NCBI RefSeq assembly: GCF_026571515.1
Contig: NW_026861872.1
Location: 248,001-312,000 of the forward strand
Source: Ruditapes philippinarum
Lineage: Eukaryota
Length of the DNA stretch: 64,000 bases
Reading direction: 5' to 3'
Below the pieces are notes generated by a model. It made no database searches, was not told the DNA's origin, and was given only the letters and a program-made list of their open reading frames with translations. Position numbers and translations under genes: made by a program. This document shows, in pieces, positions 29,201 through 39,969 of this stretch; within the stretch, counting starts at the first letter, position 1; each line of letters opens with the position of its first letter.

Positions 29201-32200
29201 AAAAAAATTGTCATATGCATGATAAATACAGTTTTCTAATAAAAGAAAATAGAAGAATGTGAACATTATAAAAATTTTAAATAAATGAAATAACAATATT
29301 TTAAATTATGTTTTAAATAATTAAGCATTTTTCAATTTTTGTTAATATTTTTAAACATAACTGCACATAATCCACAATGAAGTTGGGATGTCTTAATGCT
29401 TTAAGATTATATGGTTACCTTGACTGTTAACTGGAGCTCTGTTGGTATTGGCTTGAAGACTAGAGGCCTGTTTCCCATTATACGGGAGCCCAAGGGCAGC
29501 ATAAGCTTTCTGAAGCTGGGCATCATTCATTCCTGGAGGAACTGCTGGGGGTCCTACAGAGTTGACAGCACTTGGAGGCCCTGTGTTGGGTGTAGCATTT
29601 GTCTGTTGAGGACCTGCTGTAAGTAAGACTAAAATATTTACAACTGAAAAAGCAGCCATGTGAAATTGTTAAGTTTTGCTACTTTGGATTATTTAATAAT
29701 ATTGAAGATTATTTGAATCTAATGAAAATGTGAATACAGTCCAAAATATATTAAATTTGTCACTCTTTGCCTAAAATATCCCATCCCATATGCATGAATT
29801 ATCAATAAAAGATATGATGTTTCAATTCATGAATTTGAAATATAAATAAAATTTTCAAAGTTATATTGCAAAAACAGTGTTATGTCAACTTTTTGTATTT
29901 GCTTCAACTATTAGAAACAAAAAAGTGGACTTTTCCAACCTTACAACTATATTATTTTAGGCATTCTAAAAGATTTCTCAATTAACATAATGAAATTATA
30001 TATATATTTTAAAAAACAATTTCAAATGCAAACAAGAGGGCCACGATGGCCCTGAAGTCGCTCACCTGTATATAGGCCCCCGAAGCGGGGCCAGTTTGAA
30101 CCCCAGGGCTTTTATTTGAACAAACTTGGTAGACACCCATTAGAAGATGTTTCATGCTAAACATCTAAGGTCTAGGTCGTTGGGTTTTTTAAAAGAAGAT
30201 TTTTTAAGTTTTTTTCTAAACACATATAGTTAAAATCAATGTCCCCCGGGGCGGGGCCAATTTTGACCCCAGGGCTTTTATTTGAACAAACTTTGTAGAC
30301 ACTCACTAGAAGATGCTTCATGCTTAATATCTAAACTCTAGCTATTTGAGTTTTTTCAAAAAAGATTTTTTAAGTTTTTGCTATACACATACAAGGAAAA
30401 TCAATGACCCCCGGGCGGGGCCAATTTTGACCCCCAGGGATCTTATTTGAACAAACTTAGTAGACATCCATTAGAACATGTTTCATGCTAAATATCTTAG
30501 CTCTAGCTCTTTGGGTTTTTTAACAGAAGATTTTTAAGTTTTCACATTATGCACATAGAGAAAATCAATGACCCCCTGGGGCGGGGCCAATTTTGACCCC
30601 AGGGCTTTTATTTGAACAAACTTAATAGACACCCATAAGATGTTTCATGCTAAATATCTTAGCTCTAGCTCTTTGGGTTCTTTAAAATAAGACTTTTTAA
30701 GTTTTTACTATATGCATATAGGTAAAATCAATGACCCGCTGGGGCGGGGCCAATTTTTACCCCAGAGCTTTTATTTGAACAAACTTGGAAGATGTTTCAT
30801 GCCAAATATCTAAGCTCTAGCTCTTTGGGTTTTTTAGAAAAAGATATTTAAAGTTTTTTTCTTTTGGTTGCCATGGCAACCAGAGTTCGGCATGGAATTA
30901 AATTCTTTGAACAATTTTCAAAGGTGACCACCAAAGGAACATTCCTGTGAAGTTTGGATTAAATTGGCTTAGTGGTTTATGAGGAGATGTCATTTAAGGT
31001 AAAAGTTTACGGATGATGGACGGAAGCCGGACGAAAAGCGATCACAAAAGCTCACCCTGCCACAAAGTGACAGGTGAGCAAAAAATATACCAAAAATTGA
31101 ACAACACAAAGTAATAACAAGTACAACAGCCATCCTTATCTGTTCTTGACACTGAATGACCTAAATCATTTAAGTGTAGGTTTTTTAAGCCAGTGACACT
31201 TGAAATTCAGTGTGATGATGAACAAAAGTTCTACAAGTTAATGCCCTTGATGCCCCTGTAATTTTTTGCTACCATGATCCACTTATCTAACTTTAGCCAA
31301 TATCCTCATAAACATTCAACAGGGAACTATTATGAATTGTTTATACCTTCATTTGGAAACGCAATATTCAGCTTACCGCCTGGCTGTTTCTGCCTATCAG
31401 ATGCATGTTTCAATGGTAGACATACAGGACAATCCTGCCGTGTACAATTCTTCCAATGTGTAATGATCTGTCTAGATGATGCACAATGTGCAACTGAAGA
31501 AGCAAAATAACATACTTCATTATAATATGTTTGAATCAATTAACTTTTTATGAGTGCGGTGCCATATTTTTATTAATAAGCATCTTTCTAGATTCACTTA
31601 GCATTCATAAATTTTTTAAGCTTTTAACCTTTTACCACATTATGTTTTCTTTCTGTTAGTATGAAGTGTTAAGGATTTGCATTAAAAATAACTTTCAACA
31701 AGTAAGAAACTAACTCAAATCAATTTATAATACTGCATATTTGTAATGTTGCTTTTCATTACATTATCATGACATTTATACAGTTTTATATACGCAGCAG
31801 CTGTCAATTCATGAAGAAATCTCACCTTTTTCTCTAAAATAAGAAAGTTTGCAGTATCAAATTCATTATAAATATTCCTGACCGGTTATATGGCTGCATA
31901 TGAACAGTTGTTTGCAATATAACTACAGGTTAGCCGCTCAGGTTATATTTACAAACAACTGTTTATATAGGGCCATATAACCTGACAAAATCTTTATAAC
32001 TAATAATGTATATTTGTCTACCAATCAGGAAGTTACACAGGAACATAACTGCAGTTACTGAATCTGTTCTGTATAGTATTTTAATTTAGAAGAGAACTCA
32101 TACCTTGACAAGATTTTCCAGCATTACAAGTGGTCATGTGATTTAAAACATTCTTCATCGTTCTACAATGTGGCAGAGAGCAAGCTTCCCCATTATTCTG

Positions 32201-35200
32201 TTCTCGACGCTGACACTTATGGGCGTGCAGCAACAACACCAGTTGCTGTTGTATCAATTTGCGTTTCTCTGGGTCTGCAGACTGCGGTTGAGTGGCAGCA
32301 GCCGGAGCGCCTGGAGCACCCGGTACACCAGTATGGGGCACTGGTTGAGTTTGTGGAACCTGTTGCTATAAAAGAAAAAAAATAATGTCCAACTTTAGTC
32401 TAAGTAAAATATTCTTAAATATTGGTAAGTATTAGCGGATCTCTTTCTTTAATACAAATTGTTGTGCAATCAAGTATTGCAAAAGAAGTGAAATACACAT
32501 CTTTATTAATTAGACACAATGGGAACAATGAATTTGTCTGCTCAAATAGGATTGAATATTAGTATAAGATTATTTCACTTCAAGATTCCTATCTAATTCT
32601 GACATTTGAAACCGCATTGCAATTTTTTCATATGATGAAAAGTACAGTCATGACAAAACTTAACAAAATATTAAAACATACACTTATTTGTATAATTTAT
32701 GCATCTAGCTAAGAACAATGCTCAGGTTTTGGATTATTTGGAATTGACTAGAAATGTAATTCTTTTTTTAATTTCTGCCATTTTCCTACAGTGATGCACA
32801 TTTTTGAAATGCATGCATGTATAATTAGATTAGATTTTAATCTAATGCTTTAAAGGGAAGACTTTAAAGAGAAATCCATGTACATATATCATCGAATAAT
32901 GCAGATTCTTGCTCTCATATCTCTACTTATTATTAAAATGTCATTTGATTTTAGTTATAGCTTATTTGTCTGTGCTTGCCACACCATGTTATAAAGTGTA
33001 AAAACGTGTTGTAATAATCGTTTTCTCAATTTCAACTACACCATAATGCATCTTGAAATAAGAGCTGCCAGAGAGGACAGCAGGCTCAACTAATTTTGGA
33101 CACGGAAAAAAAATGGAAAAAAAAATCAATCATGACATATATTTCTTGAAAATAAAACTTTTCAAATGTTTAATTTTTATACCACAAACTTTTCAAATGT
33201 TTAATTTTTATACCACATTTAAGTATCAGAGTAAGTGATAAATAAAAAATTAACATCAATTTCTGTGTTGTTATTGAAAGACAATAACCTTAAGTTTGAG
33301 GTTATGTCCCTAAAGGAACAAAATAATGACAAAAGGTAACACTTTTTAAACAAAATTCTACATTTGAAGAGAAGACAACTCTTGAAATACAGCTGTTACT
33401 AGAGTTTTGAATCATGTCATACATGTTTCCTATGAGGGCTCGAATTTTAACAAATGCTGATGGAAAAATTGACCATAAAAATTTCATGAGATGGTCATGA
33501 CAATAGCTCTGCTTTTCCATCAAACTTACATAGCTAAATATGAGCCGCGTCATGACAAAACCAACATAATGGGTTTGCGACCAGCATGGATTTAGACCAG
33601 CCTGCGCGTCCGCGCAGTCTGATCAGGATCCATGCTGTTCGCTATCAGTTTGTCTACTTGTTATAGGGTCTGTAAGCGAACAGCATAGATCCTGATCAGA
33701 CTGCGCGAATGCGCAGGCTGGTCTGGATCCATGCTGGTCGCAAACCCATTAAGTTGGTTTTGTTGTGACGCGGCTCATATGTTGTCTCAGTCCAAAGTGA
33801 AGACAATACTTGAAATATAGGTGATTTAGAATTCAGATCCTTGTCCAGTTGTCATACACAATTGTGTGTGTAAATAAGGAACATATATATAAATTTTGAA
33901 GTATGAGAACAAAACCATTTTAGTAAAAGTAAACAAAAGCTGTTCAAATGGGGAAATAATTCTTGACATAAGGTTTGACATTAAATTCATAGAAAATAAT
34001 CTAGGTTAAGAAAAAAACATTTTAATACATTTAAACTTTAATCAGAAATCTGAATGCGGCTTTATGTAGAACTTAGAAGAGTACACAGACTCTTATACTT
34101 CATTATGTTCAGCGGACAATTAATTATACTATAGCATATATGGATTTAATATGTATGTTTATGAATACAGTTAGTTTTATAGCAAAAACAATACAGTTAG
34201 TTCAAAATGTGTTTAAACATGAAGTCAACAAAGCAAGAAAAAAGAATAGCAAATGTGATAAAATTACATCTCGAAAGAAAATTTAGGAATACAAATGAAC
34301 AAAAAAATATGTATAAATAAATTATCTACTGCATGCAAAACAAAAATAATTTAATAAGTGACAGGCAGTACAAATTATGATGCTGTGGCAACTAATTATC
34401 AGTCTGAAAAAACTGAAAAAAATTCATTATTTTTCCTAAATTATTCATCAAAATTTTTATTCATAAATTTATCTTTATTCTAAGAAGTTTTGTTTCCAGT
34501 ATACATTTAACCTTCATCTACTTGAGAGAAGAACATACAATTAAAGAAGAGCTTATAAAAAGCATAATTAACAGTTCGCAAACACTTAAAGATAAAGCAG
34601 TGCAAGGTGAGGGTGAGGCAAGCTAGTACTTACAGTGTTAGGGTTATGGGCAGGCATGCTGTGCGGTGGTGGAGAGGACATAGACGAGAGTACGGTAGAG
34701 GGATTGTTGTTGTTTGTGTTTGTATTGTAGTTAGACGTGGGCACTGGTAGCTGATGCCCTGTACCCTGTACCTGATTATAGCTGGGGAACCCGCCACCTC
34801 CACCCAGTGGTCCATTAGGCTGAAATAAGACACCATGGATATAGATGGAAAACAAAAACTACTACAATTAAAGGCTAAAACTTCAGCTTGCTAAACTTAA
34901 TATCACCCTATATATAAATCCTTACAGTTAATAACTTTCACTGCTTACAAAAAAAAATCTACAAAAATTGTTGTTTGCAAGTCTTTATGATAAATATTAT
35001 ATTTGGATAATTCCTGTCTTAATAATTCAGGTTTCACGAAATAACAGAATCATGTTTAATTATTTAAGTTTATAAAATAAGCATCACAATAAGTTGCACC
35101 CTTATTCAGAATATATTAAAGTTTTAAACTTTAAAATATGATCTTTCAAAGATTAAGTTGAGCAAGCTACCTAACACAATTATAGGTCTACAAATAAAAG

Positions 35201-38200
35201 TGCTGAAAGATTTCCTGAATATCTGAGTAGAGAGTAATAAATAAATTAAATGCCCTTCATTAGTCTTTACTCTGTCAAATGATCAGGTATTCAAGAAATC
35301 TTTCTTGTTAACAACTATATTACAAGAATCAAAATTTATCTACATTTTCTAAAGGCAAGGATCTAAATTAAGTTAGCTTAAAATAATTTTAAAATTAAAA
35401 GAATAAAGAAGATAAATACACTTAAATATAAAATATGTTGTCATAAATATTAATAACTTAAAAAATTTGGAAATATTTGATTTTATACCCCCCCCTCTTT
35501 GTCTAGAAATATCTTTTAATATTTATAAAAACTGGCATAGGCTCAAACATCTAAGAGCAGCATTGCTGTGGTATTCAATTTGCAAGAGTAACTTTAAAAT
35601 AAAAAGACAACATAGAATGGATTGTAATCTCTACCTCTAAAAGTAACAATCATGCAGCAATGATTATGAGAATCAAATATTAACTTTCACAGAAAGTCTA
35701 GGTACTATATAGTATACAAATGAATATAAGACCTAGATAAAAACCAACCCAAAATACAAGTCAAATGGGTGATAATTATATTGAACAGAAAGGCTTGTTT
35801 TTATCCTTTTAGAATGTTTACCTTCATCATTTGTTGTTGTGAACTTTGGATCATGCCAGCGTGATCCATAGGTTGCCGTGACATCTGGGTATTGCTTAAA
35901 GCCCCGATCATATTCTGCTGAGACATGCCCATATTGTTCATGCTTTGTGGCTGCATGCCTTGATTCTGCATCATCATTCCCCTCACTTGTGGCTGCCGTA
36001 CACCCCCACCTGCACCATTCATGGCATATTGGGGTCCATTTATCATTTGATTTGGTGGATGGGGAATATTGTTAACACTTAATTGCGAGATTGTGTTCAT
36101 ATTCATATTTCCCGGCATATTAGACATTGAACTAGGCATTGACATGGATGATGATGTTGAGTTGGCTAATGAGAATGATGCACTACTTGACACAAATGTA
36201 TTACTGTCTGATGGATAATGAGATGATGCGGGTGGTCCTGGCTTGTTTTGCACAAGTCCATGTGGAGGTGATTGTAAACTATTTGACAAGGGGCTTTTCA
36301 CTGCATTGTTTAAAGCATTGTTCATTCCTATGTTTGCACTATTAGCAATACTGCTATTTGCACTACTTGCTGGTGTTGACACATTAGACAAGAGCTGTGT
36401 AATATGTTGATGTCTTTGACTTGCACTTTCCTGATTTCCAACATGCTGTGTTGGATCAGTTCCATTCTGTGTAGAAACTGCAGATGAATTGTCACTGGTT
36501 GTCATCAGCTCATCTGGCAGGTCAGTAGCCATGTCCAGCAGGAAGTTAAATTCTACAAAGTACAAAATTATAAATCATTATTTTGCTTCAGTTCTATTTT
36601 TAATAAAAATAAAAGCTCTGTTGTGGAGCTTTCACTGATATTCTAGCTTTACTGGTCCAGTTTAAAGTCGTATCCTAGCTATACTAATGGAGGCAGTGAA
36701 TTGGGTTATACTTTACTTCATACTAAGAGAAAAATCATCTCCTGCACACAACAGAAATAAGCAAAATTAGGTTTCAGTTTAGATTTAAACATATTTATTC
36801 AAGCTTGAGAGCGAAACAAGTTCTTGCAACTTATAATAATCACTTTCGATTCTGCTTCCTGGAACTGACCAGTATGAATAAACATGGTCGTGACCCAATT
36901 AGGGCTCAAACCAATGATCCCTGGGTTGAGAGGAAGAGCCTTTAACCCATAAGCCACCGCTCCTCTTAAAGCACAATTAGAATCTTTATAAGTGTATGAA
37001 TCTTCCCTATATGCTTTCTGATGATTTTGTAATCTTACAGACAAGATAAAATTGATTGGACAATGTCTCAGATTTCTGTGTCCGACTATTCACTCATAAG
37101 AACATTACTACATGCAACAATCAAACCATTATCAATCACTTAGAAAGGTTATGATATTAATTATATCATATCGCAAATAGTCTTGTTCTAAACAAAAAGC
37201 GCATTGAAATTCACAATTCAAATCTCAAAATTATTGAGAAGAAACAAATTAGTATCACAAACAAAAAATATGCCACCAATATGCCGCCAGTCACAATGGG
37301 ACAGAGTAATGGTTCAAGCAAATTGAGATTAGTGTCGCATTAATTTCTTTTCCAAAAACATGCATGCGTCTTGTCAGCCGTTGTGAAAGATTTTTTCCAT
37401 AAATATTGGTGTTAATAACAAAGTTATGTGAGTGAACAAGCAGTAAGATTTTAAAAGTCCCATTCATATTTACATGGTCTTAACATGATGCAAATTTTGT
37501 AATATATTTTCTTGTACAATTTTAGCACAATGTCATACCAACATGAAACCACCTATCTGATTGTTTTATCTGTCCCTTAAAAGTTTTATTTTTTTCCCCA
37601 AGAAAATTCCCAGAACTTTAAAAATCGAGGGAGAGATAAAAACCAAATTTTTAACATGTAACACATAAAAAAATGATTCTCAAAACAAAAGGGTTATTGA
37701 ATGCTGATTGAAAAAAGAGGGGAAAGGGCAGAAATTTAAACCGAATCCCGTTAAAACCAATGATTTTTTGACGTGCCACAATTTCTGTTCACGTTTTAAG
37801 TAATAAGAGGTTACACATTAAAAGAAATCACATTCATTTAAATGAACAATGCCTTGACTTTCTTCTTACAGTTGTAAAAAATTGCTATAGACAAAATGAT
37901 TACTGACATTTTACACATTAAAAAAATCAAACATAATTTATGTCAAAAGTGAAACTGGAATAAAATAATGTTTATTGCATATCCCTTGATATTTTTGCTG
38001 AAAAATGAAAAAAAAACTGAAAAAAATTTTCTTTTAAATGCCCCTAATTTAATTTTAATGTAAGTATCAAATATTCTAAATAAAGGGATAAAAAATGAAA
38101 ATGAGGTTTGTTTCTGCAGGGTTAAAAAAAATCAAAAAAAACCCCATAAATTGCGCTCCAGCGACAACAAAAAAATTATTGCGAAATACAAAAAAAATAT

Positions 38201-38300
38201 AATTATGAAGATTGATCATAAAAACCTATTCATTTCCCTTTTTGGTGGGGGCGAGTTTTTTTTCTTGTTCGGAGGCCCATCTCCAGGTCGGATTTTTTTT
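9367..38300 (-). CDS. CREBBP: CREB-binding protein / p300 family histone acetyltransferase, 27 coding exons (whole-gene span; exon 1 garbled)
   Basis: Spliced translation gives TAZ1 ([22 protein letters not shown]), KIX ([32 protein letters not shown]), bromodomain ([26 protein letters not shown]), RING/PHD, HAT ([47 protein letters not shown]), ZZ, TAZ2 and NCBD. Exons 2-27 have GT-AG ends and compatible phases. Invertebrates have a single CBP/p300 orthologue. Confidence 0.98.
11997..12278 (-). CDS. CREBBP: CBP exon 26 (HAT end / ZZ start)
   Basis: VFFVIRLH...[30 protein letters not shown]...FVYTCNTC; cag|GTT to CAG|gtatgt. Confidence 0.95.
12466..12627 (-). CDS. CREBBP: CBP exon 25 (Lys-rich HAT autoinhibitory loop)
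   Basis: [54 protein letters not shown]; an alternative in-frame acceptor would start the exon at 12615. Confidence 0.9.
12915..13121 (-). CDS. CREBBP: CBP exon 24 (HAT)
   Basis: [10 protein letters not shown]...[19 protein letters not shown]; aag|GAT, GTG|gtaaat. Confidence 0.93.
13661..13940 (-). CDS. CREBBP: CBP exon 23 (HAT catalytic core)
   Basis: [30 protein letters not shown]...[39 protein letters not shown]; catalytic Trp and Tyr motifs intact. Confidence 0.96.
14139..14285 (-). CDS. CREBBP: CBP exon 22 (HAT)
   Basis: [48 protein letters not shown]. Confidence 0.95.
14948..15095 (-). CDS. CREBBP: CBP exon 21 (HAT start)
   Basis: [48 protein letters not shown]; not in the ORF track. 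Confidence 0.93.
15597..15667 (-). CDS. CREBBP: CBP exon 20 (PHD end)
   Basis: [23 protein letters not shown]; ctag|G, A|gtaagt. Confidence 0.92.
15926..16003 (-). CDS. CREBBP: CBP exon 19 (PHD)
   Basis: [26 protein letters not shown]. Confidence 0.92.
16518..17386 (+). mobile_element. HINE-like element with ~3 internal ~170-bp repeats
   Basis: AACAAGAGCTGTC...GACAGC hairpin, subTIR GCTCGACT / AGTCGAGC, repeats TCTAAGTCAAAAAGGG...GACAGAGTTA, GACGCC microsatellite. Confidence 0.8.
17395..17451 (-). CDS. CREBBP: CBP exon 18
   Basis: [19 protein letters not shown]; 57 bp, phase 2-2. Confidence 0.9.
18053..18157 (-). CDS. CREBBP: CBP exon 17 (RING)
   Basis: [34 protein letters not shown]. Confidence 0.92.
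18713..18870 (-). CDS. CREBBP: CBP exon 16 (bromodomain end / RING)
   Basis: [52 protein letters not shown]. Confidence 0.95.
19205..19435 (-). mobile_element. Degenerate SINE remnant (related fragment at ~5870-6000)
   Basis: CCCTGACAGGATTCAAACCCACAG...GTCAACAACCTT resembles CCCTGCCGAGATTCAAAACCCACAG...GTCAACGACCTTAACC at ~5935-5998; B-box-like on the minus strand. Confidence 0.5.
19658..19828 (-). CDS. CREBBP: CBP exon 15 (bromodomain)
   Basis: [57 protein letters not shown]. Confidence 0.96.
20570..22763 (+). mobile_element. Non-autonomous Helentron-associated (HINE/pearl-like) element with ~14 internal ~146-bp tandem repeats
   Basis: Starts AACAAGA; subterminal ATGCCCCC / GGGGGCAT inverted repeat; array of GTGACCTTGACCTTTGACCCC...GGAAACCG units; GACG/GACC microsatellite and 3' hairpin ATACCCCCT...GGGGGCATA. 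Confidence 0.85.
22910..23855 (+). mobile_element. Old degraded HINE-like element adjacent to the 20570 element
   Basis: CGCTCACCTG 5' motif, degenerate TTTCATGCTAAATAT units, 3' AACAAC/GACAGAC microsatellite and GGTGAG end. Confidence 0.45.
23970..24088 (-). CDS. CREBBP: CBP exon 14 (bromodomain start)
   Basis: [39 protein letters not shown]. Confidence 0.96.
24324..24470. mobile_element. Fold-back / MITE-like inverted repeat
   Basis: ATAAATAGAATATT...TTTATTGAAC..TTGAATAAAA..ATTATGC / GCATAAT..TTTTATTCAA..GTTCAATAAA...AATATCCTCTATTTAT. Confidence 0.6.
24665..24854 (-). CDS. CREBBP: CBP exon 13
   Basis: [15 protein letters not shown]...PQKPRARK; contains psi-K-x-E SUMO-type motifs as in the CRD1 region. 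Confidence 0.88.
25548..25793 (-). CDS. CREBBP: CBP exon 12
   Basis: [16 protein letters not shown]...[14 protein letters not shown]; tag|GAT, GAG|gtaagg. Confidence 0.85.
26096..26467 (-). CDS. CREBBP: CBP exon 11 (low complexity)
   Basis: [10 protein letters not shown]...TSIGM; phase 0-0. Confidence 0.85.
26856..27004 (-). CDS. CREBBP: CBP exon 10
   Basis: [11 protein letters not shown]...PRSTPPL; phase 1-0. Confidence 0.82.
27371..27509 (-). CDS. CREBBP: CBP exon 9 (KIX end)
   Basis: [22 protein letters not shown]. Confidence 0.95.
27807..27924 (-). CDS. CREBBP: CBP exon 8 (KIX)
   Basis: [39 protein letters not shown]; not in the ORF track. Confidence 0.96.
28979..29174 (-). CDS. CREBBP: CBP exon 7 (KIX start)
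   Basis: ...[22 protein letters not shown]; alternative in-frame start at 29183. Confidence 0.9.
29419..29616 (-). CDS. CREBBP: CBP exon 6
   Basis: ...[17 protein letters not shown], the conserved CBP motif; NAGNAG acceptor (29616 or 29613). Confidence 0.9.
30031..31085 (+). mobile_element. HINE-like element with ~5 internal ~165-bp repeats
   Basis: AACAAGAGGGCC...GGCCC hairpin, subTIR GCTCACCTG / CAGGTGAGC, repeats GGGGCCAATTTTGACCCCAGGG, GGACGG microsatellite near the 3' end. Confidence 0.85.
31377..31493 (-). CDS. CREBBP: CBP exon 5 (TAZ1 end)
   Basis: [30 protein letters not shown]. Confidence 0.96.
31880..31986. mobile_element. Fold-back / MITE-like inverted repeat
   Basis: GGTTATATGGC..ATATGAACAGTTGTTTGCAATATAAC / GTTATATTTACAAACAACTGTTTATAT..GCCATATAACC. 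Confidence 0.6.
32104..32365 (-). CDS. CREBBP: CBP exon 4 (TAZ1)
   Basis: [26 protein letters not shown]...[26 protein letters not shown]. Confidence 0.96.
33541..33777. mobile_element. Palindromic MITE (~237 bp), copy 1, nested in an older degraded HINE-like relic starting ~33058
   Basis: TGAGCCGCGTCATGACAAAACCAAC...GTTGGTTTTGTTGTGACGCGGCTCA with ~100-bp inverted arms; near-identical copy at 51546. Confidence 0.9.
34634..34819 (-). CDS. CREBBP: CBP exon 3
   Basis: [14 protein letters not shown]...AHNPNT; tttcag|CCT, ACT|gtaagt, phase 0-0. Confidence 0.82.
35822..36552 (-). CDS. CREBBP: CBP exon 2
   Basis: [16 protein letters not shown]...[10 protein letters not shown] matches the conserved CBP N-terminal motifs (DLPDEL; HxQLSxLL-like); phase 1 acceptor. 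Confidence 0.92.
36790..36965 (-). mobile_element. Degenerate tRNA-derived SINE sharing its central domain with the 3943-4154 element
   Basis: Head AGCGGTGGCTTATGGGTTAAAGG...GGTTTGAGCCC and central TACTGGTCAGTTCCAGGAAGCAGAATCG. Confidence 0.65.
38226..38300 (-). CDS. CREBBP: CBP exon 1 (garbled; ATG not intact in this sequence)
   Basis: Minus strand reads GAT GGG CCT CCG AAC AAG AAA = DGPPNKK...SP, the CBP/p300 N-terminal NLS motif, embedded in homopolymer-rich noisy sequence; boundaries approximate. Confidence 0.7.
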   Translation of the reverse strand, partial: KKNPTWRWASEQEKKLAPTKKGNE

Positions 38301-38658
38301 TTTTTGGTGGTTTAATCCTTTTTAAAAACACTTTATTCAATCCATCTTTAGAAATGCACAGATTTAATTTAGTGTTTAACCATTTTGAATCGATCTTAAG
38401 ATTTCAAACGACATAATATCCAAAAAAGTGAGTTCGGGATTTCCAAAATAATCGCACTCCTCTTCACGATACAAAGCCGGGGTTCTCGGTTGGAATTATC
38501 CTCACATCTCGATAAATATCCGTCCAAGATCGACTTTCTTCAAATTATACTGTTGATTAAAGTTTCATCGAACCACTGAGTGCCTCAAAAATGAACTCCC
38601 TTCCAAATTAATTCGTATTTTCAGCTTTAAAAATTAGAATTTCACGACCAAATCCTTC

Positions 38659-38900
38659 CAAGATGGCGGCTGTTGATGAAAACTTTTACGCTTGTCACAA
38701 AAAGGTCCGGAAATTACCGAATAGCAATACTTTTAACGGAAATTAATTATTCAGTTAAACGTCATACCATGTGACACCAAAAAGATATTCTATTGGTTGA
38801 ATGGCCGCAAAAATCAGATTCACGGTGTTTTACGGACATTATCGATGTAAAGCGGAAGTCAATCGACTTTTTACGCGAAACTTCGCAAATTGGCCGCATG
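38659..38900 (-). promoter_or_regulatory. CBP core promoter (YY1, ETS and CCAAT motifs)
   Basis: YY1 consensus CAAGATGGCGGC at 38659-38670; ETS-type CCGGAAAT ~38706 and GCGGAAGT ~38852; ATTGG boxes ~38793 and ~38889; local CpG enrichment just upstream of exon 1. Confidence 0.7.
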
Positions 38901-39969
38901 AGAATTTCTATCTATTTTACATATATTTAGGCAGAAAACATCAATGAGTTTTAACAGTTGTTATTTTTCTTGTGTACTCTTTGTCTCTGTTAAATCGAAA
39001 TCAACAACGGTGATATATATCAATATTTTTACTATCATATAGGTTTTATTAAGTCTGAACTCTTGTACGCGCACAACAACAGGAAAGTCCCTTGATAGAA
39101 GTTGGTATCCTTATTCTATTTAAAACACGATAACTTGTTATTTCTGAAAACTTTTTAAAGTTATAGGCATATCTATAGACGACTAAGTATACTGTACATC
39201 GGGATCCAAATGTGCCTAACCCAATATAAATGTGTTTTTTTCTCTCCTTTTATCAACATGCAATGCCCCAAGATTCTGCTGTTTGGCAACTAATATAGTT
39301 CTAGCGATTTTTTTTATGGAAGTCAAAATACCACTGTCATTATATTTTTCTATATCTTTTCTGATAATTTAAAATCACCGTATATCACTTATATTAATTA
39401 CGTTCGTGATATATAAGCAGCGATCTCATTTGTTTAATACATTATTAAACCGTTATCAAATAATGTTAAAATGGCATTTGCCTCTTCACAATAAAAACAA
39501 TTCCCTTAAAGAGTTTCATCTATTGCTAATAGGTGGATTAGCCGAGATCGAACATGCGAGCGCTGAATTATGATAGGCCAGCGCAAAACCATTGGACCAC
39601 AGATCGACTCATGTAGAAATTATAATTATGCAAGAGCAATTTAATTAATGGATTCTTGTTCTATATTTGTTAATTACAGTCATATGTTACGGTATCAAAC
39701 AGTTTACTGAATTACATGTCGTTTTACCCGTACGTGTCCGTCTATATTTTGATCGAATTACTTTAATTTTGCTAATGTTTAAAACGGTGCTAGGGATGCG
39801 TTACAGATTGCAGATGAAGTTATGTTATTAATATAAATCATTTATATAAATGTATCTCAAATCATTTTAATTATTTGATCAATAATATAGGACAATGTAC
39901 CGTTTCTCGTATTATGTAACTAATTAAACTACCGTACAAATACCAAAAACCAAATAATAAAAGCATATA

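Noticed and set aside
9387-36345. Antisense and alternate-frame ORFs overlapping CBP exons
   Set aside because: Shadows of GC-richer coding exons; no independent evidence.
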